64,000 bases of DNA, taken from the NCBI GenBank assembly GCA_040218735.1, contig JAVJQW010000070.1, forward strand, positions 352,001 through 416,000, written 5' to 3'. Below the pieces are notes generated by a model that saw only the letters and a list, made by a program, of their open reading frames with translations, ran no database searches and had not been told where the DNA came from. Shown in pieces: positions 9,223 to 18,359 of this stretch; position 1 is the stretch's first letter, and the number at the start of each line of letters is the position of its first letter. The translations under genes and the position numbers were made by a program. The stretch comes from Deltaproteobacteria bacterium (GTDB lineage: Bacteria > Myxococcota > Kuafuiibacteriia > Kuafuiibacteriales > Kuafuiibacteriaceae).

Positions 9223-9828
9223 GTGACGCTCCGTCTCATGGTGTACGACAAAACGTGTACCGGGCGGGGGCTGCTCCCGGGGCTCACGCACTCCTGGATG
9301 GCGGGCGCACGGCTGTACGGGGCGCTGGGCCGACTCGACGCGTCGTTCGGCGCGACGAGCTGGTCCGAAGCCCTAGACTTCTGCGCGACCTACCGACCGG
9401 AGGCGACGATACGCGAAATTCAGTTCTGGGGGCACGGAAACTGGGGCACCGCCAAGATCGACGGCGAGGTCCTGAGCGTCGATTCACTCCAGACGAACCA
9501 TCCGCACCGCCCGCTCCTCGAGCGCGTACGCGACCGCTTCGAGCCCGACGGCCTTTGGTGGTTCCGCACCTGTGAGACGTTCGGGACCGAACGCGGTCAG
9601 ACGTTCGCGGCCGCTTTCGCCGATTTCATGCGCGTCCGCATCGCCGGGCACACCTTCGTGATCTGGTGCGCCCAGAGCGGCCTGCACACGCTCCGCCCCG
9701 GCGAGACGCCCGACTGGCCCGTCGACGAGGGGCTGTCGCCGAAGACCGACCTGCGCGCCCGCTGGTCGACCGTCGGTGCACCGAACACCATCAGCTTCCT
9801 CACCGGGACGATCCCCGAGGGCTACTGA
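9223..9828 (+). CDS. Hypothetical protein, DUF4347-like (possible caspase-fold His/Cys protease)
   Basis: IQFWGHG and WFRTCETF motifs in the coding-like 3' part of ORF 8233-9828; start GTG 9223 or ATG 9238. Confidence 0.6.
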   Translation: MTLRLMVYDKTCTGRGLLPGLTHSWMAGARLYGALGRLDASFGATSWSEALDFCATYRPEATIREIQFWGHGNWGTAKIDGEVLSVDSLQTNHPHRPLLERVRDRFEPDGLWWFRTCETFGTERGQTFAAAFADFMRVRIAGHTFVIWCAQSGLHTLRPGETPDWPVDEGLSPKTDLRARWSTVGAPNTISFLTGTIPEGY

Positions 9829-9862
9829 TCGCGGCCGAGCCGCCGAAGGATCTCGTAGAGTG

Positions 9863-11002
9863 ATGGTGAGTCTCGGCGTCCTGACGCTAACCCTCGCGCT
9901 CGGCGCGAGCCCGGCCCCCGAGCCCACGACCCTCCGCGTCCTCACCTACAACATCTGGGGCATCCCGCTCATCACGCCGGCGCGCGCCGAACGTGTCGAG
10001 GCGATCGGCCGCGCGATCGCGGAGGTCGAGCCGGACCTCGTCGCGCTACAGGAGGTGTGGATGGAGCGCGACGCGATGGAGCTGACGCGCGCGCTCGAAC
10101 GCGCCGGGCTCCCGCACGTTCGACACTTCGCGACCACGTTCCCCGGCGGGAGCGGCCTGCTCGTCGCGTCGCGTTACCCGATCGAGCGCGACCACTTCCG
10201 CAAGTACTCGCAGGGTCAGGTGCCGCACACGCCGTGGCACCTCGACTGGATCGCCGGCAAGGGCGCAGCGGTCGTCGAGGTGCGGACACCGACCGGCCCG
10301 GTTCGCTTCTCCGCGACGCATCTGCAGGCCGGCTACGGCTCCGATGAGTACGTGCCGGTGCAGCTGTCGCAGATGCTGGAGGCGTCGGCGTTCCTCACGA
10401 AGCTCCCGAAGCGCGACGACGTCCCGCTGATCCTCGCGGGGGACCTCAACGCCGACTGGAGCGCGCTCCCCTTCCGCGTCCTCGCGGCGCGCGCGGGGCT
10501 GGTGCCGACCGACGCGCGGTGTGGGATCGACGCGATCTTGTATCGACCGGGGCGCCGCGTGGACGTGAAGACGGTAGCGGTGACGAAGGTCTTCGAAGCG
10601 CCGCGCGACGTGGACGGCGAGCGCATTCGCCTCTCGGACCACGGTGGCGTGTTGGCCCAGCTCGCGCTGGTGCCGGTGGAGCGCCCGGTCACGATGCTGG
10701 GCATGGCGCAGGATCGCTGGCGTACGATCGTCGAGGAGTCGAGCCTGCTCGTGGTCGCGCGGCTTCGTCGCGCGGAGGACGACCTCTTCCGCCACCGCGT
10801 GCTGGCGGCGGCGGGGTTCTTCTTGATGGTCGTCGCGCTCGTGTCGCGGCGCCGCTACGGCAAGGCCCGGCGGGTGATGGGGTGGACGTCGTTCGTGCTC
10901 GCATTCGTCGCGTCGTGGTATCTGTACCTCGGCGTTGCCTACGGCCCCTCCGAAATCGCGAGCCTCACGGATCTCTCGGCGCAGCTGTCGAGTCCGCCCT
11001 GA
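9863..11002 (+). CDS. Endonuclease/exonuclease/phosphatase family protein, neutral sphingomyelinase-like, with two C-terminal TM helices
   Basis: TYNIWG, LQEVW, GSGLLVASRYP, DWIAGKG, THLQ, AGDLN, LSDH motifs. Confidence 0.8.
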   Translation: MVSLGVLTLTLALGASPAPEPTTLRVLTYNIWGIPLITPARAERVEAIGRAIAEVEPDLVALQEVWMERDAMELTRALERAGLPHVRHFATTFPGGSGLLVASRYPIERDHFRKYSQGQVPHTPWHLDWIAGKGAAVVEVRTPTGPVRFSATHLQAGYGSDEYVPVQLSQMLEASAFLTKLPKRDDVPLILAGDLNADWSALPFRVLAARAGLVPTDARCGIDAILYRPGRRVDVKTVAVTKVFEAPRDVDGERIRLSDHGGVLAQLALVPVERPVTMLGMAQDRWRTIVEESSLLVVARLRRAEDDLFRHRVLAAAGFFLMVVALVSRRRYGKARRVMGWTSFVLAFVASWYLYLGVAYGPSEIASLTDLSAQLSSPP

Positions 11003-11942
11003 GATCTTCCTGCTCCTCACCGGCTGCGTGACGCAGCTGCCGCAGGTCACTTCGACGGAGCGTGTGCGCGGGCCACGAGACTTCGTGGCGCCGGTCGGTG
11101 ATGCGTTCACGCAGCGTCCGCTCGAAGCCGAGGACCCGCGGTGGCGCACCTTCCGGGTCGTCTACCCCGCGCACCGCCCCGACCGCGAGGAGAACAAGAA
11201 CTACGCGGCGACGGTGCGTTTGCCGGTGGGGATGCCGCGCGGGTTGATCGTCGTACTGCCGATCCTCGGCGGTGACTACGGTCCGAGCGAAGCGTTCGCG
11301 ACGCACCTCGCGGGCGCGGGGTTCACGACGATGCGGTTCGATCGCAAGGCGGAGATCTTCGACGCGTCGAAGGACTTTCGGCACGTCGCGATGATGATGA
11401 CGCAGGGGGTGATCGACGTCCGGCGCGGGCTCGCGTGGGCGCGTCGGTCGCGCCTCGCCGGGCGCGGTCGCATCGGCGTGTTGGGGATCAGCATGGGCTC
11501 GTTCGTCGGCACGCTCGTGGCGGCGACGGACCCGGATGTCGACGCCGCGGCGCTCGCGTTGGGGGGCGCCGGCTTGCCGAAGATCCTGTTCGCGGCGCAG
11601 AGCGAGAAAGAGATCGGCGCGTTGTTCGCCGGGCTGCGCGCTCGGGGCTACGACGACGACCGCATCCGCGCCGAGATGGTGCGCGACCTGTCGAGCGTGG
11701 ACCCGATTCACTACGCGAAGGCGCTGGACCCGACGCGGACGCTGCTCGTGCACGCGCGCCTCGACGGCGTAGTGCCGTTCGAGAACGGGCAGCAGATCTA
11801 CGAAGCGATGGGCCGGCCGCGCCGGCTGGTCACGATGACCGGGCACTACACGGCGGCGCTGCTGTTGCCGGTGATCCTCGCCGAGGTGGAGGCGCACTTT
11901 TCGCGGCAGCTCGATCCGGTGCCGACTTGGAGGGCGCCGTGA
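10935..11942 (+). CDS. Alpha/beta hydrolase, probable lipoprotein
   Basis: Lipobox LLTGC, nucleophile GISMG, DGVVP, GHY; start uncertain (TTG). Confidence 0.8.
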   Translation: MPTAPPKSRASRISRRSCRVRPEIFLLLTGCVTQLPQVTSTERVRGPRDFVAPVGDAFTQRPLEAEDPRWRTFRVVYPAHRPDREENKNYAATVRLPVGMPRGLIVVLPILGGDYGPSEAFATHLAGAGFTTMRFDRKAEIFDASKDFRHVAMMMTQGVIDVRRGLAWARRSRLAGRGRIGVLGISMGSFVGTLVAATDPDVDAAALALGGAGLPKILFAAQSEKEIGALFAGLRARGYDDDRIRAEMVRDLSSVDPIHYAKALDPTRTLLVHARLDGVVPFENGQQIYEAMGRPRRLVTMTGHYTAALLLPVILAEVEAHFSRQLDPVPTWRAP

Positions 11943-12373
11943 TCGAGCTCTACACGCCGGCCACGCTCACCGACGAAGCGCTCGCGGCGTGCCACGCGAT
12001 CCGGCGCGAGGTGTTCATCGAGGGGCAAGACGTCCCGGCGTCGATCGAGGTCGACGGCCGCGACGCCACGTGCGCGCACGTGTTGTTGCGGGTGGACGGT
12101 GCACCCGTCGCGACGGCGCGTCTTCGCGTCGCGGACGGCCACGCGAAGGCGGAGCGCGTCGCGGTGCTCGCGGCCCACCGGGGTCGGGGGTACGGGCACG
12201 ACCTGATGGAAGCGCTGGAGAGACACGCGGCGTCCGAGGGGCACGCCGAGATCATCCTCGGCGCGCAGGTGCAGGTGGTGTCGTTCTACGAAGCGCGCGG
12301 GTACGTCGCGTACGGTGAGCCGTACGAGGAGGCGGGCATCCAGCACCGCATGATGCGAAGGGCCCTGCCGTGA
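11939..12373 (+). CDS. GNAT acetyltransferase (ElaA/YjcF-like)
   Basis: IRREVFIEGQ, RVAVLAAHRGRGYG, FYEARGY; GTGA overlap with the upstream gene. Confidence 0.88.
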   Translation: MIELYTPATLTDEALAACHAIRREVFIEGQDVPASIEVDGRDATCAHVLLRVDGAPVATARLRVADGHAKAERVAVLAAHRGRGYGHDLMEALERHAASEGHAEIILGAQVQVVSFYEARGYVAYGEPYEEAGIQHRMMRRALP

Positions 12374-12843
12374 AGACCAACGCGTGCCGCGTGCTCGAAA
12401 AACACGGCGTCGACTACGAGCTGATCACCTACGAGGGCGACCCCACGACGATGGAGCCGGACGTGCTCGCGGCGGCGATCGGCCACCCGGCGGAGCAGAT
12501 CTTCAAGACGTTGATCGTCGAGGGCGACAAGACGGGCATCTTCATCGCGGTGGTCTCGATCGCGGAGTCGATCGACCTGCGCGCCCTCGCGCGCGCGACC
12601 AAGAACAAGAAGGTGCAGCTCGCGCCCATCTCTCGCCTGCGCGCGCTGACGGGTTACATGCGTGGCGCGGTGACGGCGCTGGCGACGACGCGCCCGTGGC
12701 CGGTGTGGGTCGACGAGAAGGTGATCCTCTACGATCGCTTCGGTGTGTCGGCCGGTGAGAAGGGGCTCGAGCTGTGGCTGGCGCCCGACGACTACCTGCG
12801 TGTGCTCGACGCGAAGACCGCGGAGTTCGGGGTCATCGCTTGA
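12370..12843 (+). CDS. ybaK: YbaK/EbsC family aminoacyl-tRNA deacylase
   Basis: MKTNACRVL, QIFKTL, TGYMRG, VSAG motifs. Confidence 0.85.
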   Translation: MKTNACRVLEKHGVDYELITYEGDPTTMEPDVLAAAIGHPAEQIFKTLIVEGDKTGIFIAVVSIAESIDLRALARATKNKKVQLAPISRLRALTGYMRGAVTALATTRPWPVWVDEKVILYDRFGVSAGEKGLELWLAPDDYLRVLDAKTAEFGVIA

Positions 12844-13591
12844 GATCCGCGATGCCGTCCTGCGGGCCGTCCAGGAACGCGAAGGCGGCCTCCCGGCGTG
12901 CCGACTCGCTCTGGATCGCATCGAGGTAGGCGTCGATCTCTTCGAGGCGCTTGCGCAGCGGTCCGAAGCTCGCCGCCGGGCCGATGCGCTCCGAGAGCTC
13001 GTGTTTCTCGGCGTCGAACGCCTCGATCTCGGCGCGAAGCGCCTTCGTCCGGCCCTCCACGAGTGCCGGCGCGGGCAGCGGTGGCGGCGTCGGCGCCTGG
13101 GGCGGCTTAGCCAGCTTCTGCGCGACGGGGTCCACCGAGAACGCCAGAGCGTAGTGCTCCGCCGTGACTTGGAGGTCGATGATGCGCAGCATCGGCGCCT
13201 CGTCACGGAGCACGCGGAGGACACGCCGAGCACCGTCACGACCGTCCCGGCCCTGAAGGATGATCGCCAGCGTCCCGCCCTCCGTCGTCTCCTCGGTGAC
13301 CTCGCACCCGGTCTTCCGCTGCAACCAACGAACCCGATCGACGTCTGGCGCGAGCGGCCCGAGCCGCGCGGCCACGCCGGCCTCGAGCTCGGCCATGTGG
13401 CGCCGGTACTTGTCGATGTTCGCGGGGTGCCCGATCGCTCGCAGATCCAAGAGCTCGAACTCGAGCTCGCGGTGCCGCCGGACGATCACGTCTTCGTCCG
13501 CCGCGGTGGGGAGCGCTGATGCGTAGAGCCCGACGCCCACGAGGGCGGTCACGATGGCGACGAGGACCAGGCGTCCGGCGGAGAGCTTCAC
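12833..13591 (-). CDS. Hypothetical membrane-anchored coiled-coil protein
   Basis: N-terminal TM helix after GTG 13591, Pro-rich linker, C-terminal coiled coil; lies just downstream of the tRNA. Confidence 0.6.
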   Translation of the reverse strand: MKLSAGRLVLVAIVTALVGVGLYASALPTAADEDVIVRRHRELEFELLDLRAIGHPANIDKYRRHMAELEAGVAARLGPLAPDVDRVRWLQRKTGCEVTEETTEGGTLAIILQGRDGRDGARRVLRVLRDEAPMLRIIDLQVTAEHYALAFSVDPVAQKLAKPPQAPTPPPLPAPALVEGRTKALRAEIEAFDAEKHELSERIGPAASFGPLRKRLEEIDAYLDAIQSESARREAAFAFLDGPQDGIADLKR

Positions 13592-13637
13592 CTCTTCCGA
13601 ACGTAACCACGGAGGGCCCGCGGTCCATCGCGGGGAG

Positions 13638-13711
13638 CACACCCAGAGGGACTCGAACCCCCAACCCCTGGATTCGAAGTCCAGTGCTCTATCCAATTGA
13701 GCTATGGGTGC
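13638..13711 (-). tRNA. tRNA-Arg, anticodon UCG; CCA not encoded
   Basis: GCACCCA-TAGCTCAATTGGATAGAGCA-CTGGA-CTTCGAA-TCCAG-GGGTT-GGGGG-TTCGAGT-CCCTC-TGGGTGT-G folds as a cloverleaf; followed by CTC. Confidence 0.95.
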
Positions 13712-13758
13712 GTAGCGGTCGCGGACCGTAGCAAACCGCGCCGAAAAAAACACCCCAA

Positions 13759-15066
13759 TCAGCGCAGGGCGAGGCGGGTCTGGAAGCGGGCGAAGTCGGC
13801 GTCGAAGGCCTCGATGCCCGCGCGCATCAGGGCGCGCAGCTCGACGCGCTCGGCGTCGGAGAAGCGGAGGCGCTGGGCGAGCCGGAGCAGGAAGGTGACG
13901 AAGTCCTGCTGCTCGAGCTCGACGTCCGCGCCGAAGGCAATCGCGCCGTTCGGCTGCGTGGGGAACGCGCTCCACCAGCGGGCGCCGACGCCGTTGCTCT
14001 GCGTCAGCACGCGGAAGAAGTCGCCGACGAGCGTCTCGAGGTCGGAGGGGATCAGGACGTCGACGAGCGTCGCGTCCACCGCGACGCGCGGCATGCGCTT
14101 CAGCGTGGAGACCAGCCGCACCTCGTCGTCGGTGCGAACCACGTCGGTCGTCACCGAGAGGTCGGCGATGTGCATCGACACGCCGGGGGAGTCGGAGTCG
14201 AGCTCCCACGTGGTCTGGTAGCGGCTCTTCTGCAGGCGCGCGAGGTTCAGCGGGAACGTCGCCACCGACTCACGGCGCGCGCTGTCGACCTTGGCGATCA
14301 GCACGGTCTTTTTGTCCGCTCCTTGGATGCGGAACCGCGAGCTCGCGAGGCCCGCGCCGCGCTCGAGCGTCGCGGCGACACCTGGGTAGTCCTTCGCGAG
14401 CGCCTCCAGCTTCAGCCGCGTGGAGATCCGCGCACGCACCCCCCCGCCGTCCGCGGCGACGAGATCCCTGAACTCGATGTACTTCTCGACGAGCGACGTC
14501 GTCGCCGGGAACGCGGAGCGCAGCTCGGCGCGCAGCTTCTCGTCGCAGGCGTCGAGGCCCTTCTTCGCCGTGCACCCGCGCGTCACCGCGTTGACCCAAT
14601 CGATGAGCCCGGCGCCCACCGCGACCAGCTCGTCCGCGGTGAGGCCGACGTGCATGCGAGCGTCCGATTGGAGGCGATACGGTTTGCCGTCGGTCGGGGA
14701 CAGCTTCAGCGTCAGGCGCCCGTCACCGGCGCGCCCGTCGACGCGTGGCCTCGACGTCTCGACGTCGTAGCGCCCGACCGGGTGAAGGCTGCCGAACACC
14801 TCGAACGTCCGGACCTTCGACTCGGTGTCGGGCAGCTCGGCGTACAGGCCTTCGAGATCGAACGCCCCGAGGTGCGAGCGCACGCCGTCGAGGCGCTTGC
14901 GTGCGTCGGGCGTGACGGCGCGCTGCTGCGTGAACGCGTTCGTGAGGCGCACGAGATCCGCGACGCGCACCACGACTGCCTGGTCGTCACCGAGCGCCGA
15001 CGTGCAGGACCACGCACCGAGCTCGGGGGGCAGCGCGAGTGCAACGAACAGTGCCCACCACCCCAT
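13759..15066 (-). CDS. Hypothetical exported protein
   Basis: Long ORF with GC3 bias and N-terminal hydrophobic segment (MGWWALFVALAL). Confidence 0.7.
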   Translation of the reverse strand: MGWWALFVALALPPELGAWSCTSALGDDQAVVVRVADLVRLTNAFTQQRAVTPDARKRLDGVRSHLGAFDLEGLYAELPDTESKVRTFEVFGSLHPVGRYDVETSRPRVDGRAGDGRLTLKLSPTDGKPYRLQSDARMHVGLTADELVAVGAGLIDWVNAVTRGCTAKKGLDACDEKLRAELRSAFPATTSLVEKYIEFRDLVAADGGGVRARISTRLKLEALAKDYPGVAATLERGAGLASSRFRIQGADKKTVLIAKVDSARRESVATFPLNLARLQKSRYQTTWELDSDSPGVSMHIADLSVTTDVVRTDDEVRLVSTLKRMPRVAVDATLVDVLIPSDLETLVGDFFRVLTQSNGVGARWWSAFPTQPNGAIAFGADVELEQQDFVTFLLRLAQRLRFSDAERVELRALMRAGIEAFDADFARFQTRLALR

Positions 15067-15161
15067 GCGCCCTACTCTACCCGATTGTCGCGCAGCCGGG
15101 CGCGACCCGATGTCGCACGGTTGCCGAGCGCGACACGCTGCGTTCACAGTGCGCGGCGATC

Positions 15162-16181
15162 ATGCTCCTCGGTCTCACCCCCGACGCGCTCGCGGCGCGC
15201 CTCGAGTCCGCGACGCGGGCGCGGATGGTGACGCGCGTGCTCGCCGAGGGCCGCGACCCGTGGACGGCCGAGGACGTCCCGGAGGGGGTGCGCCGACGCC
15301 TCGCTGCCACCTGCGCGCGCACGCCGCACCGCATCACGAACCGCACCGAGGCCGACGACGGCACCGAAAAGCTCCTCGTCGACCTGTCGACCGACGCACC
15401 CGGGCGCGAGGTCGAGACCGTCCTCATCCCCACCGCGAGCCGCAACACGGTGTGTGTCTCCAGCCAGGTCGGCTGCAAGCGGCGTTGTCACTTCTGCCTC
15501 ACGGGTACGATGGGGCTCGTGCACGACCTGCGCGCGGACGAGATCGTTCTGCAGGTGTGGCTCGCGCTCCAGCGGCGGCCGGTGCGGAACGTCGTGTTCA
15601 TGGGGATGGGGGAGCCGCTCGACAACTTCGACGCGGTCGCGGACGCCGTCACCGTGCTCACCCACGACCGGGGCTTCGGTCTGGCGCCGCGGCACGTGAC
15701 GGTGTCGACGGTCGGCCCGTCGCCGGAGGCGGTGCGCCGGCTGCGCGACCTCGACACCCGGGTCGCGTGGTCGCTGCACGCCGCGGACGACGACGTCCGG
15801 GCGCGGATCATCGGCACGCACCGGCACCCGGTCGCGGCGCTGCGCGATGCGTTCTTCGAGGTGGTGGGGAAGCAGCCGCTGTTCGTCGAGGTCACGCTCA
15901 TCGCCGAACACAACGACCGTGACGAGGACGCCGACGCGCTCGTCCAGCTCTTCGCCGACGCGCCGACCGAAGTCCGACTCAACCTCCTCCCGATGAACCC
16001 GATCGGCAACGCGCTCCGCCCCAGCGTCCGGGTCGACGCCTTCGCCGCGCGTCTGAAGGCGGCCGGGTTCTTCACGTCGGTCCGCCGCGCGCGCGGCGAC
16101 GATCAGCGCTCGGCCTGCGGGCAGCTGTACGCGACACCCCGGCGACGCGGCGCCCTTCGTTCGGGCGAGCGGTCCGTGTAG
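15162..16181 (+). CDS. rlmN: RlmN/Cfr family radical SAM RNA methyltransferase
   Basis: CVSSQVGCKRRCHFC (CxxxCxxC), NVVFMGMGEP, SLHA, C-terminal SACGQL; may be a second paralog. Confidence 0.85.
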   Translation: MLLGLTPDALAARLESATRARMVTRVLAEGRDPWTAEDVPEGVRRRLAATCARTPHRITNRTEADDGTEKLLVDLSTDAPGREVETVLIPTASRNTVCVSSQVGCKRRCHFCLTGTMGLVHDLRADEIVLQVWLALQRRPVRNVVFMGMGEPLDNFDAVADAVTVLTHDRGFGLAPRHVTVSTVGPSPEAVRRLRDLDTRVAWSLHAADDDVRARIIGTHRHPVAALRDAFFEVVGKQPLFVEVTLIAEHNDRDEDADALVQLFADAPTEVRLNLLPMNPIGNALRPSVRVDAFAARLKAAGFFTSVRRARGDDQRSACGQLYATPRRRGALRSGERSV

Positions 16182-16191
16182 GCTCCGCGGC

Positions 16192-17280
16192 GTGCGGGTC
16201 GAGCGCGTCGAGTCGATCGTCGAGTTCGAAGCGCTCGCCGAAGCGTGGTCCGACCTCGCCGACCGATCCGACACCGCGCACCTGTTCAACACCCACGCCT
16301 GGCTGAGCGCATGGTGGGAGGCGTTCGGGCGCGGCACCCCGCGGGTGTACGCGGTGTACGACGACCGGCTCGTCGCCGCGCTCCCGCTGCGCCTGGACGA
16401 CCGCGGGCTCACGGCGTGGTTCAACCACTACCTCGGGCGCAGTGACGTCCTCGTGGATCGCGACCGGCCCGACGCCTACCCAGCGCTCTTCGCTGCGCTG
16501 GGCGACGACCGCGCCGACTGGGACCACGTCGAGCTGACGCAGGTTCCGGAGGACTCCCCGACGATCGCCGCCCTCGCCCGCGGCGACGCGGATCCGTTGC
16601 GCATCCACGCGGTGCGCAACATCTGCTCGCCCTACCTGCTCTGCCGGGGCACTTACGACGCCTGGTACAAGTCCCGCTTCTCCGGTCGGAAGCGTCAGCA
16701 GGACCGCCGCAAGCTCCGGCAGGCGGAGAAACGCGGCGCGACGGAGCTCGTCTGGCACACCGACGTCGAGGCCGTGCAGGCCGCCTTCGAGCGCGGCGCG
16801 ATCGCGGAGGACAAGAGTTGGAAGGGCGAGGAGGCGAGCGCGATGCTGAAGAGCCCCGACGCCCTCGCCTTCATGCGCGACGTCATCGTTCGGTTCGCCA
16901 AGCTCGGTGCGGTGCGGCTGGTCGAGCAGACCGTCGGCGGCGAGACGGCGGCGTTCCTGCTCGGCTTCGTGCACGGCGACACCTTCTACTTCCACAAGAC
17001 CGGCTACGACCCCGAGTTCGCCGACGTGAGCCCCGGCCGCACCGTGCTGCTCGCGGCGATCGAGCGGTGCTTCGAGGAGGGGCTCGCGCGCTTCGACTTC
17101 CTCGGCGCGGACGACCCCTACAAGCTCGAGTGCTCCCCCCTCGTTCGCCCGCACGTCATCGCGTTTGTGTACCACCGCGGTCTGCGCTCGCGGATGCTGC
17201 GCGAGCAGAAGCGCCTCGTCCCGAAGGTCCGCGCCCTGCGCGGCGAGCCGATCGCGTTCCCCGTGCGACTGGACAGATGA
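16192..17280 (+). CDS. GNAT family acetyltransferase (CelD/BcsL-like)
   Basis: FNTHAWLSAWW, SWKG, GYDPEFADVSPG, FDFLGADDPYK. Confidence 0.82.
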   Translation: MRVERVESIVEFEALAEAWSDLADRSDTAHLFNTHAWLSAWWEAFGRGTPRVYAVYDDRLVAALPLRLDDRGLTAWFNHYLGRSDVLVDRDRPDAYPALFAALGDDRADWDHVELTQVPEDSPTIAALARGDADPLRIHAVRNICSPYLLCRGTYDAWYKSRFSGRKRQQDRRKLRQAEKRGATELVWHTDVEAVQAAFERGAIAEDKSWKGEEASAMLKSPDALAFMRDVIVRFAKLGAVRLVEQTVGGETAAFLLGFVHGDTFYFHKTGYDPEFADVSPGRTVLLAAIERCFEEGLARFDFLGADDPYKLECSPLVRPHVIAFVYHRGLRSRMLREQKRLVPKVRALRGEPIAFPVRLDR

Positions 17281-17306
17281 CTCGGGCGGGGCGATCGTAG
17301 GGGCGG

Positions 17307-18353
17307 ATGCCGCGCGGGCTCGAAGTCCACCCGATCGCCGACGAAGCCGATCCGCCTTGGCGCGCCCTCCTCGATCGTCACGTGATGGCGCGTTCGATCG
17401 TGCCGGCGTGGGAGGTTCTGGCGGGCTGGGAGAACGCGCCGTACGGCCTCTACGATCACGGTGAGCTCGTCGGCGGCTTCCTGCTCTCCACGCAGCGCAT
17501 CCCGTTCACGCCGCTGAAGTTCTCACGCATCAACTGCTTGATGGTCGGACCCCAGCGTCCGGTCGAAGGCTTGGACGCGTTGCTCGCGGCGTTGGATCGC
17601 ATCGCGATCAAGCGAGGCCTGATCGAGACGGAGCTGCGGCTTCGCATCCCGACCGTCGACGACATCCCCGGCTTCGAAGCCCACGCCCCGCTCCGCGCGA
17701 CGTTCGAGCGGCACGGCTACAACCCGCTCGGTAAGGTCGACACGACCTACTTCGTCCGCGTCGACCGCGACGACGACACGATGCTCGCGTCCTTCGACCG
17801 CAGCGCGCGAAACAAGATCCGCAAAGCGCAGCGCAGCGAGGTCCAGGTCGAAGTCTCGAGCGACTTCACGCTGCTCGACGACTTCTACGACGCGTACATC
17901 GACATGTGCCACCGCAAGAGCGCGCCGGTGCAGCCCGAGGCGCTCGTCGGTTACGGGCTCAAGCCGCTGATCGAGCGCGGCCACGCGCTGTTCGTCACGG
18001 AACGTTACGGCGAGCACGTCTCGAACATGGTCATCGTCGATACACTCGGCGTGCCCTGCTACGTGCTCGGCGCACGCGCCCCCGCGAACGTTCGCGGCAT
18101 CGTCCCCGGCGCGGCGCAGGTCGTTCAGTTCGAGATCATGCGCACCATGCGCGAGCGCGGCCACGTCTGGTACGACCTCGGCGGCTGTGAAGGCCCCGTG
18201 CCGATCGACCGCCACGAAAACTTCGGCGTGTGGCGCTTCAAGTACGGCTTCGGCGGGCGCTTCATCCGCTTCCTCCCCTACTTCCGCAAGATCCGCGGCC
18301 CGCTCCCGCGCGTCGTGCAGCTCACCCACGAGCTCCGCGGCGACTTCGTCTAG
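17307..18353 (+). CDS. FemAB/FemX-like double-GNAT (aminoacyl transferase-like) protein
   Basis: RNKIRKAQR, WYDLGG, GVWRFKYGFGG motifs typical of the FemAB superfamily. Confidence 0.75.
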   Translation: MPRGLEVHPIADEADPPWRALLDRHVMARSIVPAWEVLAGWENAPYGLYDHGELVGGFLLSTQRIPFTPLKFSRINCLMVGPQRPVEGLDALLAALDRIAIKRGLIETELRLRIPTVDDIPGFEAHAPLRATFERHGYNPLGKVDTTYFVRVDRDDDTMLASFDRSARNKIRKAQRSEVQVEVSSDFTLLDDFYDAYIDMCHRKSAPVQPEALVGYGLKPLIERGHALFVTERYGEHVSNMVIVDTLGVPCYVLGARAPANVRGIVPGAAQVVQFEIMRTMRERGHVWYDLGGCEGPVPIDRHENFGVWRFKYGFGGRFIRFLPYFRKIRGPLPRVVQLTHELRGDFV

Positions 18354-18359
18354 GTGCGC

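Noticed and set aside
12833-13711. Prophage or genomic island integrated at tRNA-Arg
   Set aside because: No integrase, phage genes or duplicated tRNA 3' end seen in the window.
12833-14209. 458-aa ORF spanning the tRNA
   Set aside because: It reads through the tRNA and overlaps another gene; only the part from GTG 13591 is plausible.
15162-16181. Cfr antibiotic-resistance methyltransferase
   Set aside because: The visible motifs are shared across the RlmN/Cfr family and there is no mobile context; it cannot be assigned without phylogeny.
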